A stretch of 64,000 nucleotides of DNA from an uncultured Verrucomicrobiae bacterium (GCA_963702845.1 OY969763.1:5376001-5440000); one strand, 5' to 3'; counted from the first letter of the stretch, positions 53,701 through 63,335 are shown. The notes: generated by a model not told the origin, from the letters alone. Program-made: numbers and translations.

Positions 53701-56700
53701 CGTCGCGGTGAAGTTCGCGGATGCTCCGATGGCCAAATTCGCAACCGTGAGCACGGTGCTCGGCGACGCTTGAGTATCGGTGACGACCACGTTGTTCAAC
53801 GCGATATTGCCGGTATTGCTGACTGTGCCCGTGTAGGTGATCGAACCACCGGTCGACGCTTGTATCGCGGGACAATTCAACGAGACCGCAAGAGCCGGCG
53901 CTGTTGTCAGCGGACAGGTATTGGTGATCTTGTTTGTGACGTTGTTGCCGCTGCAAGTGTCGGTCGCAGTAATCGTGGCGATCGAGGTGACACTGCAAGT
54001 ATTGGTGATGGCGACAATGAAACTGCCGGTGAAGTTGGTGGACGCTCCAGGGGCGAGCGTTGGCGTTGTAAACACCGGTTGCTGCGCACCGTTTCCGCTG
54101 AGGAAGTAGAACAAGTTCGGGCCGAAACCGACGTCGGTCGCGGTAAACGTCAATTCATTCAGATTGTTTCCGATGGTAACGCGATCAGTGACGACGCCTG
54201 CACCGGTGATTGTCCCGAGCGTTGAATGGCCTGTGCCGTCATGGCGCAGGTAGTAGAACTGGTTGACGCCGAATCCGACATCAGTCACCGAGAACATTAA
54301 TGCGTCTGAATTGTTGGCGACCTGGAAACGATCGGTGATCGTGCCAGGTAGAGCGGGGTTGATCGTGCCGAAGAACGAACGTCCTGTGCTGTCATGGCGC
54401 AAGTAGTAGAACAAGTTGGCTCCATAACCAACGTCCGGAGCTGAGAATGTCAGGGCATCAAAGTTATTACCGAGCACAAACAAATCGGCAACCGTGCCAA
54501 CCACACCACCGGGTTTGATGACACCGAAACTGGACAGGCCAGAGCTGTCATGGCTGATGTAGTAGAAGTTCACCGGTCCATATCCGACATCGGGCGCGGC
54601 GAAGGTGAGGGCATCGAAGGCCTTAACGCCGAGATCAAATCGGGCAGTCACCGTTGCATTGGCATTGATGGTGACGAATGTTGAATTTCCCGACAATTCG
54701 CGGCGAATCGCATAGAACTGTGTCGCTCCGTAGCCTTCGTCCTGACCAGCGAAGGTCAATCCGGTGAAGTTGTTACCGACACCGAAACGGTCGGTGAGAA
54801 TACCAGCGGCGGAAAGTGTCCCGAAGGTGGAGGGGCCGCTATTGACGTTAAGCTGCGGTTGGTTATTCACCACGACGATGTTGCTCAAGGTGATGTTGCC
54901 GGCGTTGCTGATCGAGCCGGTGTAGGTGAGAATGCCGCCAGGCCCTGTGGGGTCGATCGGACAATTCTGCGTGATGACGATGGCCGGTGCGCTGATGAGC
55001 GGGCAAGTGATGGCCGCGGTGGCAATCAGGTTTTGGCCGCCGCATTGGTCGGTGGCGCGGGCGGTGACAGAGGTGTCGCTGGAACAAGCGTCGGTGCGCG
55101 CAACAGTGTAACTATTGGTGAATCGTGCGCTCCCGCCGACGGCGATGCTGGTTGCCGAGAAGATAACGGTGCCGGGCGCAGGCGTATCACGCGTTACGGT
55201 GACATTCGTCAGTGTAAGGCTTCCGGTATTGTTCACAACGCCGGTGTAAGTGAGAGTTCCGCCGAGCGCAGTCGCGCTGGTAGGACAGGTCAACGAGACG
55301 GCCAATGATGAATTGCCGGAAACCGAGCAAGTCGAAGTCACCGAAGCAGCGACATTCGCGCCGCTGCATTTGTTGTTGGCGTTCGCGGTAAGCGTTGAAG
55401 TAATTCCGCAGGCGCTGGTCAATGGGACGGTGTAGCTGCCGGTGAAATTGCGGGTTGCGCCGGGAGCGAGCGTCGCTGTCGTGAAAACCGGTGTTGAACC
55501 AGTGCGATCATTCGTCACAACAACGTTCGTCAAGGTGATCGTGCCTGCGTTGCTGACAGTACCGGTATAGGTAAGCGTTCCGCCCAAAGTCGCGGGAATG
55601 GCAGGGCAGTTTTCAGTTACGACCAAGCGCGGCGTATTCAGCAGCGGGCACGTCGTAGACGCGCTGTTGGTCACGATCGCAGATGTGCAATTATCGCTGC
55701 CGGTCGCAATAACCGTGCTGCTCACTGAGCAACTATCCGCAGGCGTGGTGAAAGTGGCGGTGAAAGCAGCTGAAGCTCCGGCCGCAAGGCTCGGTACGGT
55801 GAGGACGGTGCTCGGAGAGGCTTGGTTGTCGATAACGATGACGTTGTTCAACGTGACGTTACCCGTGTTATTGACGGTTCCAGTGTAGGTGATCGAACCG
55901 CCGCTGGTCGCAGTGGTCGCGGGACAAACCAACGAGACTGAAATCGCCGGTGTAGTGAGAACCGGGCAGATGGTCGTTGTGCTGTTGGTGACTGCGTTAA
56001 GAGTGCAAATATCGCGCGCGGTTCCTTTGAACGTCGTGCTAATCGAGCAACTATTCGCTGGAACAGAATAGGTTCCGGTGAAATTGGCGGACGCGCCAGG
56101 GGCGAGTGTGTTGACGGTGAAGACCGTTGTGTTTGGTGATGGGCGATCGCTCACTACGAGCACGTTGGTCAACGTAATGTTTCCAGCATTCTGGACCGTG
56201 CCGCTATAGGTTACGGAACCGCCGGATAAGACTGGCGTCCCGGGGCAATTCGCTGTCACGACGATCTGCGGTGTGGTCAAAATTGGGCAGGTCGTTGTCG
56301 CCGAGTTTGCGACAAGCACACCGCAAACGCTGCGAGCCGTCGCAGTCGAGGTGCTGGTGCTGGAGCAATTGGTTGGGGCCAAATAGCTGCCGGTGAAATT
56401 CGTAGTCGCGCCGGGTGCCAGGGTGGCCACGGTGAGGAGAGGCGTTGATCCGGTTTGATTGTTGAGAACAACGACGTTAGTGACGGTGATGTTGCCTGAA
56501 TTGCTGACTGAACCTGTGTAAGTCAGGACTGAACCGGGAGTTGCCGGGTTCGCGGGACAAAGCTGGGTGACGACAATGCTCGGCGTGCTACCCAAGGGGC
56601 AGGTGGCGGAGGCAACATTGCTGACGGGGTTGGCGGTGCAGGCGTCGCTACCGTTGGCTGTGACATTGGCGGTTACTGTGCAACCAGTGGCTGGGGCAGT

Positions 56701-58362
56701 GAAGCTCGAGCTAAAGTTGGCCGATGCTCCCGGTGCGAGACTGGCAACAGTCAACACCGTGCTCGGCGAGGACTGCGCGTTAACCACAGTGACGTTATTC
56801 AAAGTGACATTGCCCGTGTTATTGACGGCGCCAGTATAAGTGATCGTTCCGCCAGCAATCGCTGCGACAGCGGGACAATTCAACGAAACGGCGATGTTTG
56901 GAGTCGTGATTACATTGCAAGTCGTCGCGACCGAATTAGTGACGCGGTTTGCTGTGCAGACATCGCTGCCGATGCCGCTGAACGAGGCCGTGACTGAGCA
57001 GACGTTGGCCGGAACAATGACGCTAACAGTGAAACTGGCGGAAGCACCCGGAGCGAGTGACGGCGCAGTGAACACGGTGGTGTTCGGTGAGGGGCGGTCC
57101 GCGAGGACAACGACATTCGCCAAAGTGATATTTCCAGTATTCCGAACGGTGGCGTTATAAATTAGTGAACCACCAACCGAGGCCGGTGTGGCCGGGCAAG
57201 CCACTGTCACAGCGATTTGCGGAGTGGTTAAAATAGGGCAAGTGACGCTCGCTGTGCTGGTCACCGGGATGCCGCAGGTGCTCGAGGCATTAGCGGTCAA
57301 AGTATCGGATGTGGAACAGTTCGTCGGCGCGATGTAGCTGCCGGTGAAATTCGCTGATGCGCCAACGGCTAGCGTGGCCAATGTGAACACTGGTGTGTTG
57401 AGAGCCGGTTGATTGTCTACCACGATGATGTTGTTCAACGCGACGTTACCGGTATTGCTGACGCTGCCGGAGAAAACCAGCAACTGACCGGGCGACACTG
57501 GCTGTGCGGGACAAGCCTTCGTCACGTTGATTCCAGGGGTTAACGCCAGGCTGCAAGTGGTGTTGTTGCTGCTGGAAACGGTGCGGGGATGCGTCGTGAA
57601 TTGGTCAATGCCCTGAGCGACGAACGTTGCGGTGCTCGAAGCACACGGATTGGAGGGAACCCAGCTTCCACTGAAATTGGCGATCTGCCCCTGGAGAAGA
57701 TTCGTGATGAACGTGACTTGAAATTGGCCGCCGTTAACAAAATTCGTGACCGTCACACCGACCAATGTGTTATTGCCGCAATTGGTCACCGTGCCGGTAA
57801 AAGTGATCGCGCCATTTTCGCCGACGCCGCCGGCGCATTGCACCAGCAATTGAATACAAGGCAAGCTGACTTCCGTATTCACACCTTGATTACCGCCGCC
57901 CTGGCTGTCGGTATCGTTTTGGTGAATGACGCCAGTGTCGCTGGCGGTGGCGCGAACGGTGCCGTCGGGGCGCACATCCTGCGCGCGAACGACGTAGCTG
58001 ACGGTGTTCGAATAATAATCCGATTGGCCGTTAACCAGCGCGGTGTTCTGCAGAGTCAGCGGATGGGTCACACCGTCCGGCGTGACTATCGATGCGGTAA
58101 TGGCGGTCGCATCGCAAACGACAGGGCCGTTGCCAGTGCCGTTAAAGATCGTCGCGCTATAATTAAGCGTGTCGCCGATATGCACATCTGGCGAGTCGGT
58201 GAACAGCAAGATGCCCAAACCGCTGCCGGTGCAGCCCGGCGGATTGGCATGTGCGTGGGCGGAGGTCGCGCCGAATAAAACAAGCAGCAATCCCGCGAGC
58301 AGCGCTGCGAACGTGAAACGACCTGACGTCTTGCGTAAGGTCGTGAATATAGGGGTGGTCAT
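50746..58362 (-). CDS. Giant (~2540 aa) secreted surface protein with 16 Cys-containing DUF11-like Ig repeats and an inserted propeller-like domain
   Basis: Signal peptide ending ATSAHA. Repeats P.I.V...CP......G..LTYTG.V.N.GN.TL.NV...LAPGAS..FT. Distinct ~400-aa C-terminal region. Start taken at MTTPIF. Confidence 0.88.
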   Translation of the reverse strand: MTTPIFTTLRKTSGRFTFAALLAGLLLVLFGATSAHAHANPPGCTGSGLGILLFTDSPDVHIGDTLNYSATIFNGTGNGPVVCDATAITASIVTPDGVTHPLTLQNTALVNGQSDYYSNTVSYVVRAQDVRPDGTVRATASDTGVIHQNDTDSQGGGNQGVNTEVSLPCIQLLVQCAGGVGENGAITFTGTVTNCGNNTLVGVTVTNFVNGGQFQVTFITNLLQGQIANFSGSWVPSNPCASSTATFVAQGIDQFTTHPRTVSSSNNTTCSLALTPGINVTKACPAQPVSPGQLLVFSGSVSNTGNVALNNIIVVDNQPALNTPVFTLATLAVGASANFTGSYIAPTNCSTSDTLTANASSTCGIPVTSTASVTCPILTTPQIAVTVACPATPASVGGSLIYNATVRNTGNITLANVVVLADRPSPNTTVFTAPSLAPGASASFTVSVIVPANVCSVTASFSGIGSDVCTANRVTNSVATTCNVITTPNIAVSLNCPAVAAIAGGTITYTGAVNNTGNVTLNNVTVVNAQSSPSTVLTVASLAPGASANFSSSFTAPATGCTVTANVTANGSDACTANPVSNVASATCPLGSTPSIVVTQLCPANPATPGSVLTYTGSVSNSGNITVTNVVVLNNQTGSTPLLTVATLAPGATTNFTGSYLAPTNCSSTSTSTATARSVCGVLVANSATTTCPILTTPQIVVTANCPGTPVLSGGSVTYSGTVQNAGNITLTNVLVVSDRPSPNTTVFTVNTLAPGASANFTGTYSVPANSCSISTTFKGTARDICTLNAVTNSTTTICPVLTTPAISVSLVCPATTATSGGSITYTGTVNNTGNVTLNNVIVIDNQASPSTVLTVPSLAAGASAAFTATFTTPADSCSVSSTVIATGSDNCTSAIVTNSASTTCPLLNTPRLVVTENCPAIPATLGGTLTYTGTVSNAGTITLTNVVVTNDRTGSTPVFTTATLAPGATRNFTGSYTVPLTSACGITSTLTANANNKCSGANVAASVTSTCSVSGNSSLAVSLTCPTSATALGGTLTYTGVVNNTGSLTLTNVTVTRDTPAPGTVIFSATSIAVGGSARFTNSYTVARTDACSSDTSVTARATDQCGGQNLIATAAITCPLISAPAIVITQNCPIDPTGPGGILTYTGSISNAGNITLSNIVVVNNQPQLNVNSGPSTFGTLSAAGILTDRFGVGNNFTGLTFAGQDEGYGATQFYAIRRELSGNSTFVTINANATVTARFDLGVKAFDALTFAAPDVGYGPVNFYYISHDSSGLSSFGVIKPGGVVGTVADLFVLGNNFDALTFSAPDVGYGANLFYYLRHDSTGRSFFGTINPALPGTITDRFQVANNSDALMFSVTDVGFGVNQFYYLRHDGTGHSTLGTITGAGVVTDRVTIGNNLNELTFTATDVGFGPNLFYFLSGNGAQQPVFTTPTLAPGASTNFTGSFIVAITNTCSVTSIATITATDTCSGNNVTNKITNTCPLTTAPALAVSLNCPAIQASTGGSITYTGTVSNTGNIALNNVVVTDTQASPSTVLTVANLAIGASANFTATFTAPANSCSVTSTVSARGTDVCTSRSITNTASATCPLTTNPRLVVNLNCSTVPVGGGSPLAFTGSVKNTGNVTITNIVVTTDRTGSSPVTTIASLAPNATANFVGTYVVPPEACSVTTTATATGADCNGTIASNSATTTCPVTGGLPSIEVTQFCPATAPSPGGIMNYTGIVANDGTVTLTNVLVYNNRSGSAPILTVPILAPGASATFSGSYHVPLNCCSQSSTATATGVVPCTGMIVSDTDTKTCPVLTTPAIVVTKQCPPTITNPGDVLHYSGSVSNSGDITLVNVTIVNTQPRNNTRVFGPITLAPGEVVEYTGSYTVIADFCGNDTVTAIGFDACSQSAVSNSVTTTCPVKATLPAIAVIKNCPQFPTPRGAPYTFTGTVTNTGNVTLTNVFVVDDMPTNNTPVIGPITLVPGGTASFSNTYTAPLCCCQIVDTLTATGQDRCSGDTVSATSSAECPLLTTPLIAVFKNCPSGTVPLGGLYAFTGSVTNTGNIVLTNVYVVSSYPVTNTVLLGPIELAPGESEDFSGSYTMTLATHPATEVITARGTDTCQGRTAVASANCAGPIKAITLAQFRLFTTGIGTVTPNLDGQFLQIGKTYTLTAKPGTGQVLASWTGVPGASSQTVLTFTMQGGVYITANFVPNPFLRAKGTFNGLFMGAASVENANSGAFTLVLSDQGAYTAALSSEGKRYVTSGRLNVDGTGNSSVTRPGATALAANWNVALDNSDSISGTVSDGKWVSLLAGDRGTFDARTQPALQAGKYTVVIPGNVGKTVSRQGDGYAAVTVNANGTVLLTGTLADGTHVSQSSAISKNGEWPVYVSLYAGRGSLLGWLTFTNRTSDDVSGRLSWIRPAVATSRLFAAGFATDAESTGSRYVAPIGLATRVLNITNGVVSLSGGNLSEASDNDVTLGSGSKVTSAGINKVTLYFTLSSGMFSGTFVEPGTTHRTTFGGAVLQKANLGAGYFPGTNDNGRVMFQAAP

Positions 58363-58620
58363 GATTTTTTTGATTTCCAATGGATGTGATTGCGAAGCCG
58401 ACGCGGGGTGAGAGTGCGCAGCCCAGACTGATGTTTGAAAATGGTTTTCGCGATTCACGGGTGCGAGAATAGGTGAACGCCGCGAGCCGGATAATGGGGT
58501 GTAACCCTCTGGGGATTTCACCCCATACGATTTTTTCCCGTTGATCGGAGCTTTCGTTGACAACGCAGGCGCGCTGTTACGATGGATTTGACAGACGCAG
58601 TCCTGGCACTGCCGGGCGCG

Positions 58621-59037
58621 TCACGGCGCGCAACTGACCACCACCACGTTGCTGAAGTTGCCGATTTCCTCGTCGTGCAAAACGTAGCGGCAACGGTACT
58701 GGCGCACTCCGGTTTGCCTTCGACCAACAGCGGGCGCTCGTCGAAAGCCGGCGGGTTCGTGTCGGTGGTCAACAGTTTCCATTCCGTTTCGTCGCCGCGT
58801 TGCGAATAAATATTCACGCCGTGGCTGAGCGATTTTTTGTAACGCAACAGCACGCGACTGCGCCCGAGATCGCACCCGTGCAACTCCGGCCTGGCCTCGC
58901 GCAATTTGACCGACGGCTCATGCCCGACGATGCTCATCAAACGCCCGAGCGGTTCGTTGTAACTGGGATGCGCCTTGGCGCGGCGGCCAAAAGCGCGCCT
59001 GAGCGACTCGAGTCGTTGACAGCGCCCGTGTCGTCAT
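58621..59037 (-). pseudogene. Truncated or frameshifted FN3-like hypothetical protein
   Basis: GVNIYSQRGDETEWKLLTTDTNPP..DERPLLVEGKPE and RQYRCRYVLHDEEIGNFSNVVVVSCAP lie in adjacent frames. Confidence 0.5.
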
Positions 59038-59213
59038 AAGATCACGCAAACGCCAGATCCGTGTCCTTAAGTCATTTGCCTCCCGCCCCATTTTTCCACG
59101 GCTTCCCCTCAGTATTTCACCCCATACAAATTGGTTTGGTGAATCACCAACCATGCAGCAGTGTGTGAGGTGTCTGCATTGACGGGTTGTCTGTGCCACA
59201 GGAAAACGTTTTC

Positions 59214-61496
59214 ATGCCGCTCACTTCTGCCATTCGCAAGGTCGCGTTTCTCGGGGATTATCTCCCGAGGAAATGTGGCATCGCCACCTTCACGACGGAC
59301 TTGCGTTGCGCGGTCGCAGCTGAGTTTCCGGCGATCCAATGCCCGGTCGTGCCGGTCAACGACATCGAGGAGGGTTACGATTATCCGAAGGAAGTGCGCT
59401 TCGAAATCGCCGAGCAGGACCTGCCTTCGTATCTGCGCGCGGCGGATTTCCTGAACATCAGCGACGTGGATGTAGTCTGTCTCGAACACGAGTTCGGGAT
59501 TTTTGGCGGCACGGCCGGCAGCCATGTCCTGGCGCTGTTGCGCGAGCTGCGGATGCCGATTGTCACCACGCTGCACACAGTCTTGCGCGAGCCCAATGCC
59601 GATCAGCGGCGCGTGATGCGTGAGTTGATCCGCCTGACCACGCGACTGGTCGTGATGAGCGAACGCGGCCGGGAATTTCTGCGCGATGTTTATCAGGCGC
59701 CGGAAAATAAAATCGATCTTATCCCGCACGGCATTCCCGACATGCCGTTTGCCGATCCGAATTTTTTCAAAGACGAATTCGCCGTTGCCGGCAAGCAGGT
59801 GATGCTCACGTTCGGTTTGCTCTCGCCTAACAAAGGGATTGAGTTCGCCTTGCGCGCGTTGCCCGACATCATCCGCGAATTTCCCAACGTCGTTTACATC
59901 GTGCTCGGCCAAACGCATCCGAATCTGCTGCGCAACGAGGGCGAAGCGTATCGCTTGAGCCTGGAGCGATTGGCCAAAGATCTGGGTGTGCAGAAACACG
60001 TCGTGTTCTTCAATCGGTTCGTTGAACTGGACGAATTGATGCGCTTCATCGGCGCGGCGGATATTTATCTCACGCCCTATCTGACCGAGGCACAGATTAC
60101 TTCTGGCACGCTGGCCTATGCCTTCGGCGCCGGAAACGCCGTGGTGTCGACGCCTTATTGGCATGCGGCAGAATTACTGACGGAAGAACGCGGCAAACTC
60201 GTGCCGTTCCGCGATGCGAAAGCGATCTCCACCGCCGTGGTCGAATTGCTGCGCGATGATCCGACGCGTCATTCGATGCGCAAGAACGCTTACAAGCTGG
60301 GCCGGGACATGGTCTGGAGCCGCGTGGCGCAACTTTATGTAAAATCCTTTGAACAGGCGCGGCACGACCACAGCTTCGTCGGGACCAAATCTTCGCCAAT
60401 CAAAACTCTCGACGAGCAACCCGGCCAATTGCCGGAGCTCAAGCTCGACCACCTGTTTCGTCTGAGCGATTCGACCGGCATGTTCCAACATGCCAGTTTC
60501 ACGGTGCCGAATTTTGCAGAGGGCTATTGCACCGATGACAACGCGCGCGCCCTGGTGCTGGCGATGATGTTGCGGCAATTGGGCCACAGCTCCACGCGGC
60601 TCGACGAGCGCGGGACCACCTATGCTGCTTTTTTAAACCACGCGTTCGACCGCGAGCGGAAGCGCTTTCGTAATTTCATGAGTTTCGACCGCCAATGGAT
60701 CGAACAAATGGGTTCGGAGGATTGTCACGGCCATGCCTTGTGGGCGCTTGGATTGTGCGTTGCGCAGGCGGGCCATAGCGGTTTTCAAATGCTGGCGGCA
60801 CAACTTTTTGAGCAGGCGATGCCGGGAGTCGTCGAGTTTTCGTCCCCGCGCGCGTGGGCGCTGACGCTCATCGGCATTGATCAATACCTCCGTCGATTGA
60901 GCGGCGACCGGCGCGTGACGCAGTTTCGCGAACTGCTCACCTCCAAACTCGTGCAGCGTTACAACGATGCCGCAACCGAGGACTGGCATTGGTTCGAGGA
61001 CACGGTTTCGTACGCGAACGCGAAGCTGCCGCATGCGTTGATTCTCAGCGGGCGCAGCATGGACAACAAATCCCTGCTCGACCTTGGGCTGAAAGCGTTG
61101 CGCTGGCTGGTAAAAGTTCAAACCTCGGACGCAGGTTCGTTTCGTCCGATCGGATCGAATGGATTTTATCCGCGCGGCAAGAAACCGGCGCTGTTCGATC
61201 AACAGCCCATCGAAGCTCAGGCCACTGTATCGGCCTGCATTGAAGCTTATCAGGCGACAAATGATATGTTCTGGGTCGCGGAAGCGCGCCGCGCCTTCGA
61301 ATGGTTTCTTGGCCGCAACGATTTGGGGCTGGCACTCTACGATTCGACCACCGGCGGTTGCCGCGACGGTTTGCACATCGATCGCTTGAGTCAAAACCAG
61401 GGCGCGGAATCCACCCTCGCATTCCTCCTTGCGCTCACGGAAATGCAGGGTTTGCAGAACACGCTGACCAGCTTCAAAGAGCCAGCCGGGAAATGA
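59214..61496 (+). CDS. GT4 glycosyltransferase fused to an (alpha/alpha)6 glycosidase-like domain
   Basis: PRKCGIATFT, FGLLSPNKGIE and QITSGTLAYA; C-terminal GYCTDDNARAL, FDQQPIEA and NQGAESTL. Confidence 0.92.
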   Translation: MPLTSAIRKVAFLGDYLPRKCGIATFTTDLRCAVAAEFPAIQCPVVPVNDIEEGYDYPKEVRFEIAEQDLPSYLRAADFLNISDVDVVCLEHEFGIFGGTAGSHVLALLRELRMPIVTTLHTVLREPNADQRRVMRELIRLTTRLVVMSERGREFLRDVYQAPENKIDLIPHGIPDMPFADPNFFKDEFAVAGKQVMLTFGLLSPNKGIEFALRALPDIIREFPNVVYIVLGQTHPNLLRNEGEAYRLSLERLAKDLGVQKHVVFFNRFVELDELMRFIGAADIYLTPYLTEAQITSGTLAYAFGAGNAVVSTPYWHAAELLTEERGKLVPFRDAKAISTAVVELLRDDPTRHSMRKNAYKLGRDMVWSRVAQLYVKSFEQARHDHSFVGTKSSPIKTLDEQPGQLPELKLDHLFRLSDSTGMFQHASFTVPNFAEGYCTDDNARALVLAMMLRQLGHSSTRLDERGTTYAAFLNHAFDRERKRFRNFMSFDRQWIEQMGSEDCHGHALWALGLCVAQAGHSGFQMLAAQLFEQAMPGVVEFSSPRAWALTLIGIDQYLRRLSGDRRVTQFRELLTSKLVQRYNDAATEDWHWFEDTVSYANAKLPHALILSGRSMDNKSLLDLGLKALRWLVKVQTSDAGSFRPIGSNGFYPRGKKPALFDQQPIEAQATVSACIEAYQATNDMFWVAEARRAFEWFLGRNDLGLALYDSTTGGCRDGLHIDRLSQNQGAESTLAFLLALTEMQGLQNTLTSFKEPAGK

Positions 61497-61528
61497 TCGC
61501 GCCGTGAAGATCACGGCAGAAAAATTTT

Positions 61529-62998
61529 ATGACCAATCTCAATCCGTCCACCGTCCACGCCAAACGCATTGGCCCCACTCTTGTTCCCGATCGTTCACGG
61601 GTTTTGATGCGGCCTTTTCGTCCCTCCACGGAAGGCATCGCGCGCAGAATCGTGGTGCAAGTGATGGCGTTTTCAGAGGCAGAAGTAGCGCGGGTTCTTG
61701 GGGGTGTCATGGCGGAGTTCGGAGAGCGCCATCACGCGGTCGAGATTTTTTTCCGTAATCGATTTTCGCAGGTGAGCTATCTCATCGCTGGAAGACAAAA
61801 ATTATCAACGAAGCGCCAGTTGCTGATTGGCGCATATTTCACGCACGAATATTCGCCGGAATCGGCTGCGTTATTTAATCCGTCGATTGTGCCGCATCCC
61901 GACCAAAGCGAATTGCCAAATGGGGCAATGCGTTTTGTGATGAGCTTGCGGGCCACGGGCGAAGGGCACATTTCTTCAATTACATTTCGCGTTGGCGTCG
62001 TCAGTGCGCGCTACAAGGTGACGCTGACGGCACCGGTGGAATTCGCGACCGAGCCTGAGCGGGTGCCGAATGTCACTTACGACAAAGCCCTCTTCGGTCG
62101 TAAATTGCAGGAATTGGGAGTGCAGAACAGGTTTTGCCTGGGCGTCATGGAACAACTTCGCGATTCATTCACCATCACTGAACTGCGCCGAGTTCTTTCC
62201 GCATCCTTAAAGCATGCCGGGGAATCTGATGCAGCCGCGGCGCGCGCTGGTCGCGGAATCCTGCTCCTGGCAGAGTCCAATTACGAAGTGCGGTTCGCCA
62301 AAGGCCAGCCGGTTTCGCAGCGCGTGATCTTTCCATCCACTCCGAGCCAGAGTAACGGCATCGAGGACGCGAGGTTTGTCCGCTTCGCCAACGACGATGG
62401 CACTTTCACCTACTACGCCACTTACACCGCGTACGACGGCAAAATAATTTTACCGCAACTGTTGGAGACGCCGGATTTTGTCCATTTCAAATTCATCACG
62501 CTCAACGGTCCGGCCGTACAGAACAAAGGCATGGCGTTGTTCCCACGCAAGATTGATGGCCGTTACGCGATGATCTCGCGTCAGGACGACGAGAACATTC
62601 TCATCATGTTCTCCGACAACATCCACTTTTGGGCCGATCCAACAATTTTGCTTTCGCCGGCGCAACCCTGGGAATTGGTGAAGATGGGGAATTGCGGATC
62701 GCCAATCGAAACGGACGCGGGTTGGCTGGTGCTCAGCCACGGCGTGGGGGCGATGCGCAAATATTGTATCGGCGCATTCCTGCTCGACTTAAAAGATCCC
62801 ACCCGCGTGATAGGCCGCTTGCGCGAACCGCTGCTCTCCCCGAATGAAGCCGAGCGCGAAGGCTACGTGCCGAATGTGGTTTATACCTGCGGAGCCTTGT
62901 TGCACGGCAGGGAATTGATCATCCCCTACGCGATGAGTGATTCCGCGACCAGCTTTGCCAGCGTGCCATTGGACAAGCTGCTGGCCGCGATGGAATGA
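61529..62998 (+). CDS. Glycoside hydrolase family 130-like protein
   Basis: AALFNPSIV, NGIEDARFVRF, YYATYTAYDG and EGYVPNVVYTCG motifs. Confidence 0.92.
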   Translation: MTNLNPSTVHAKRIGPTLVPDRSRVLMRPFRPSTEGIARRIVVQVMAFSEAEVARVLGGVMAEFGERHHAVEIFFRNRFSQVSYLIAGRQKLSTKRQLLIGAYFTHEYSPESAALFNPSIVPHPDQSELPNGAMRFVMSLRATGEGHISSITFRVGVVSARYKVTLTAPVEFATEPERVPNVTYDKALFGRKLQELGVQNRFCLGVMEQLRDSFTITELRRVLSASLKHAGESDAAAARAGRGILLLAESNYEVRFAKGQPVSQRVIFPSTPSQSNGIEDARFVRFANDDGTFTYYATYTAYDGKIILPQLLETPDFVHFKFITLNGPAVQNKGMALFPRKIDGRYAMISRQDDENILIMFSDNIHFWADPTILLSPAQPWELVKMGNCGSPIETDAGWLVLSHGVGAMRKYCIGAFLLDLKDPTRVIGRLREPLLSPNEAEREGYVPNVVYTCGALLHGRELIIPYAMSDSATSFASVPLDKLLAAME

Positions 62999-63038
62999 AG
63001 CCGGCTATACAGCCGGCCGCAGCCATCGCGAAAGCAAA

Positions 63039-63263
63039 CTAATGAATAATGATTTCCGGGGGGCGCACGACGAGCACCGGGCGAGGTGGCGCAATTATGA
63101 CAGGGTGTTCGACGATGACCTCGGAATGGCTTTCATAGTGGGCGTGTCCGTAGGCATGACCGTGTCCGTGTCCTTCTTCAGCGACGAGGCAGCCTGTGGC
63201 GGTGAGGGCGAGGGCGGCGGCGCAACCGGCGACTAACAATGTTTTTTTCATATAACGTTTCAT
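63039..63263 (-). CDS. Small His-rich lipoprotein
   Basis: MKKTLLVAGCAAALALTATGC lipobox followed by GHGHGHAYGHAH; the start may be the second Met. Confidence 0.7.
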   Translation of the reverse strand: MKRYMKKTLLVAGCAAALALTATGCLVAEEGHGHGHAYGHAHYESHSEVIVEHPVIIAPPRPVLVVRPPEIIIH

Positions 63264-63335
63264 ACTCTTTCTGTAGTAACGTTATAACTTTGTGATACGG
63301 GTCTCAATGGGGTGTAACCCGCACAGACCGGCTCC

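Noticed and set aside
58363..58563. 67-aa N-terminal extension of the giant ORF, or a riboswitch in its leader
   Set aside because: The signal peptide fits the Met at 58362, the region holds the palindromic sites, and no riboswitch consensus was recognised.
59109..61514. Long antisense ORFs (59109-60164, 60633-61514; similar ones at 47333-48115 and 25910-26806)
   Set aside because: Shadows of well-supported genes on the opposite strand in GC-rich DNA.
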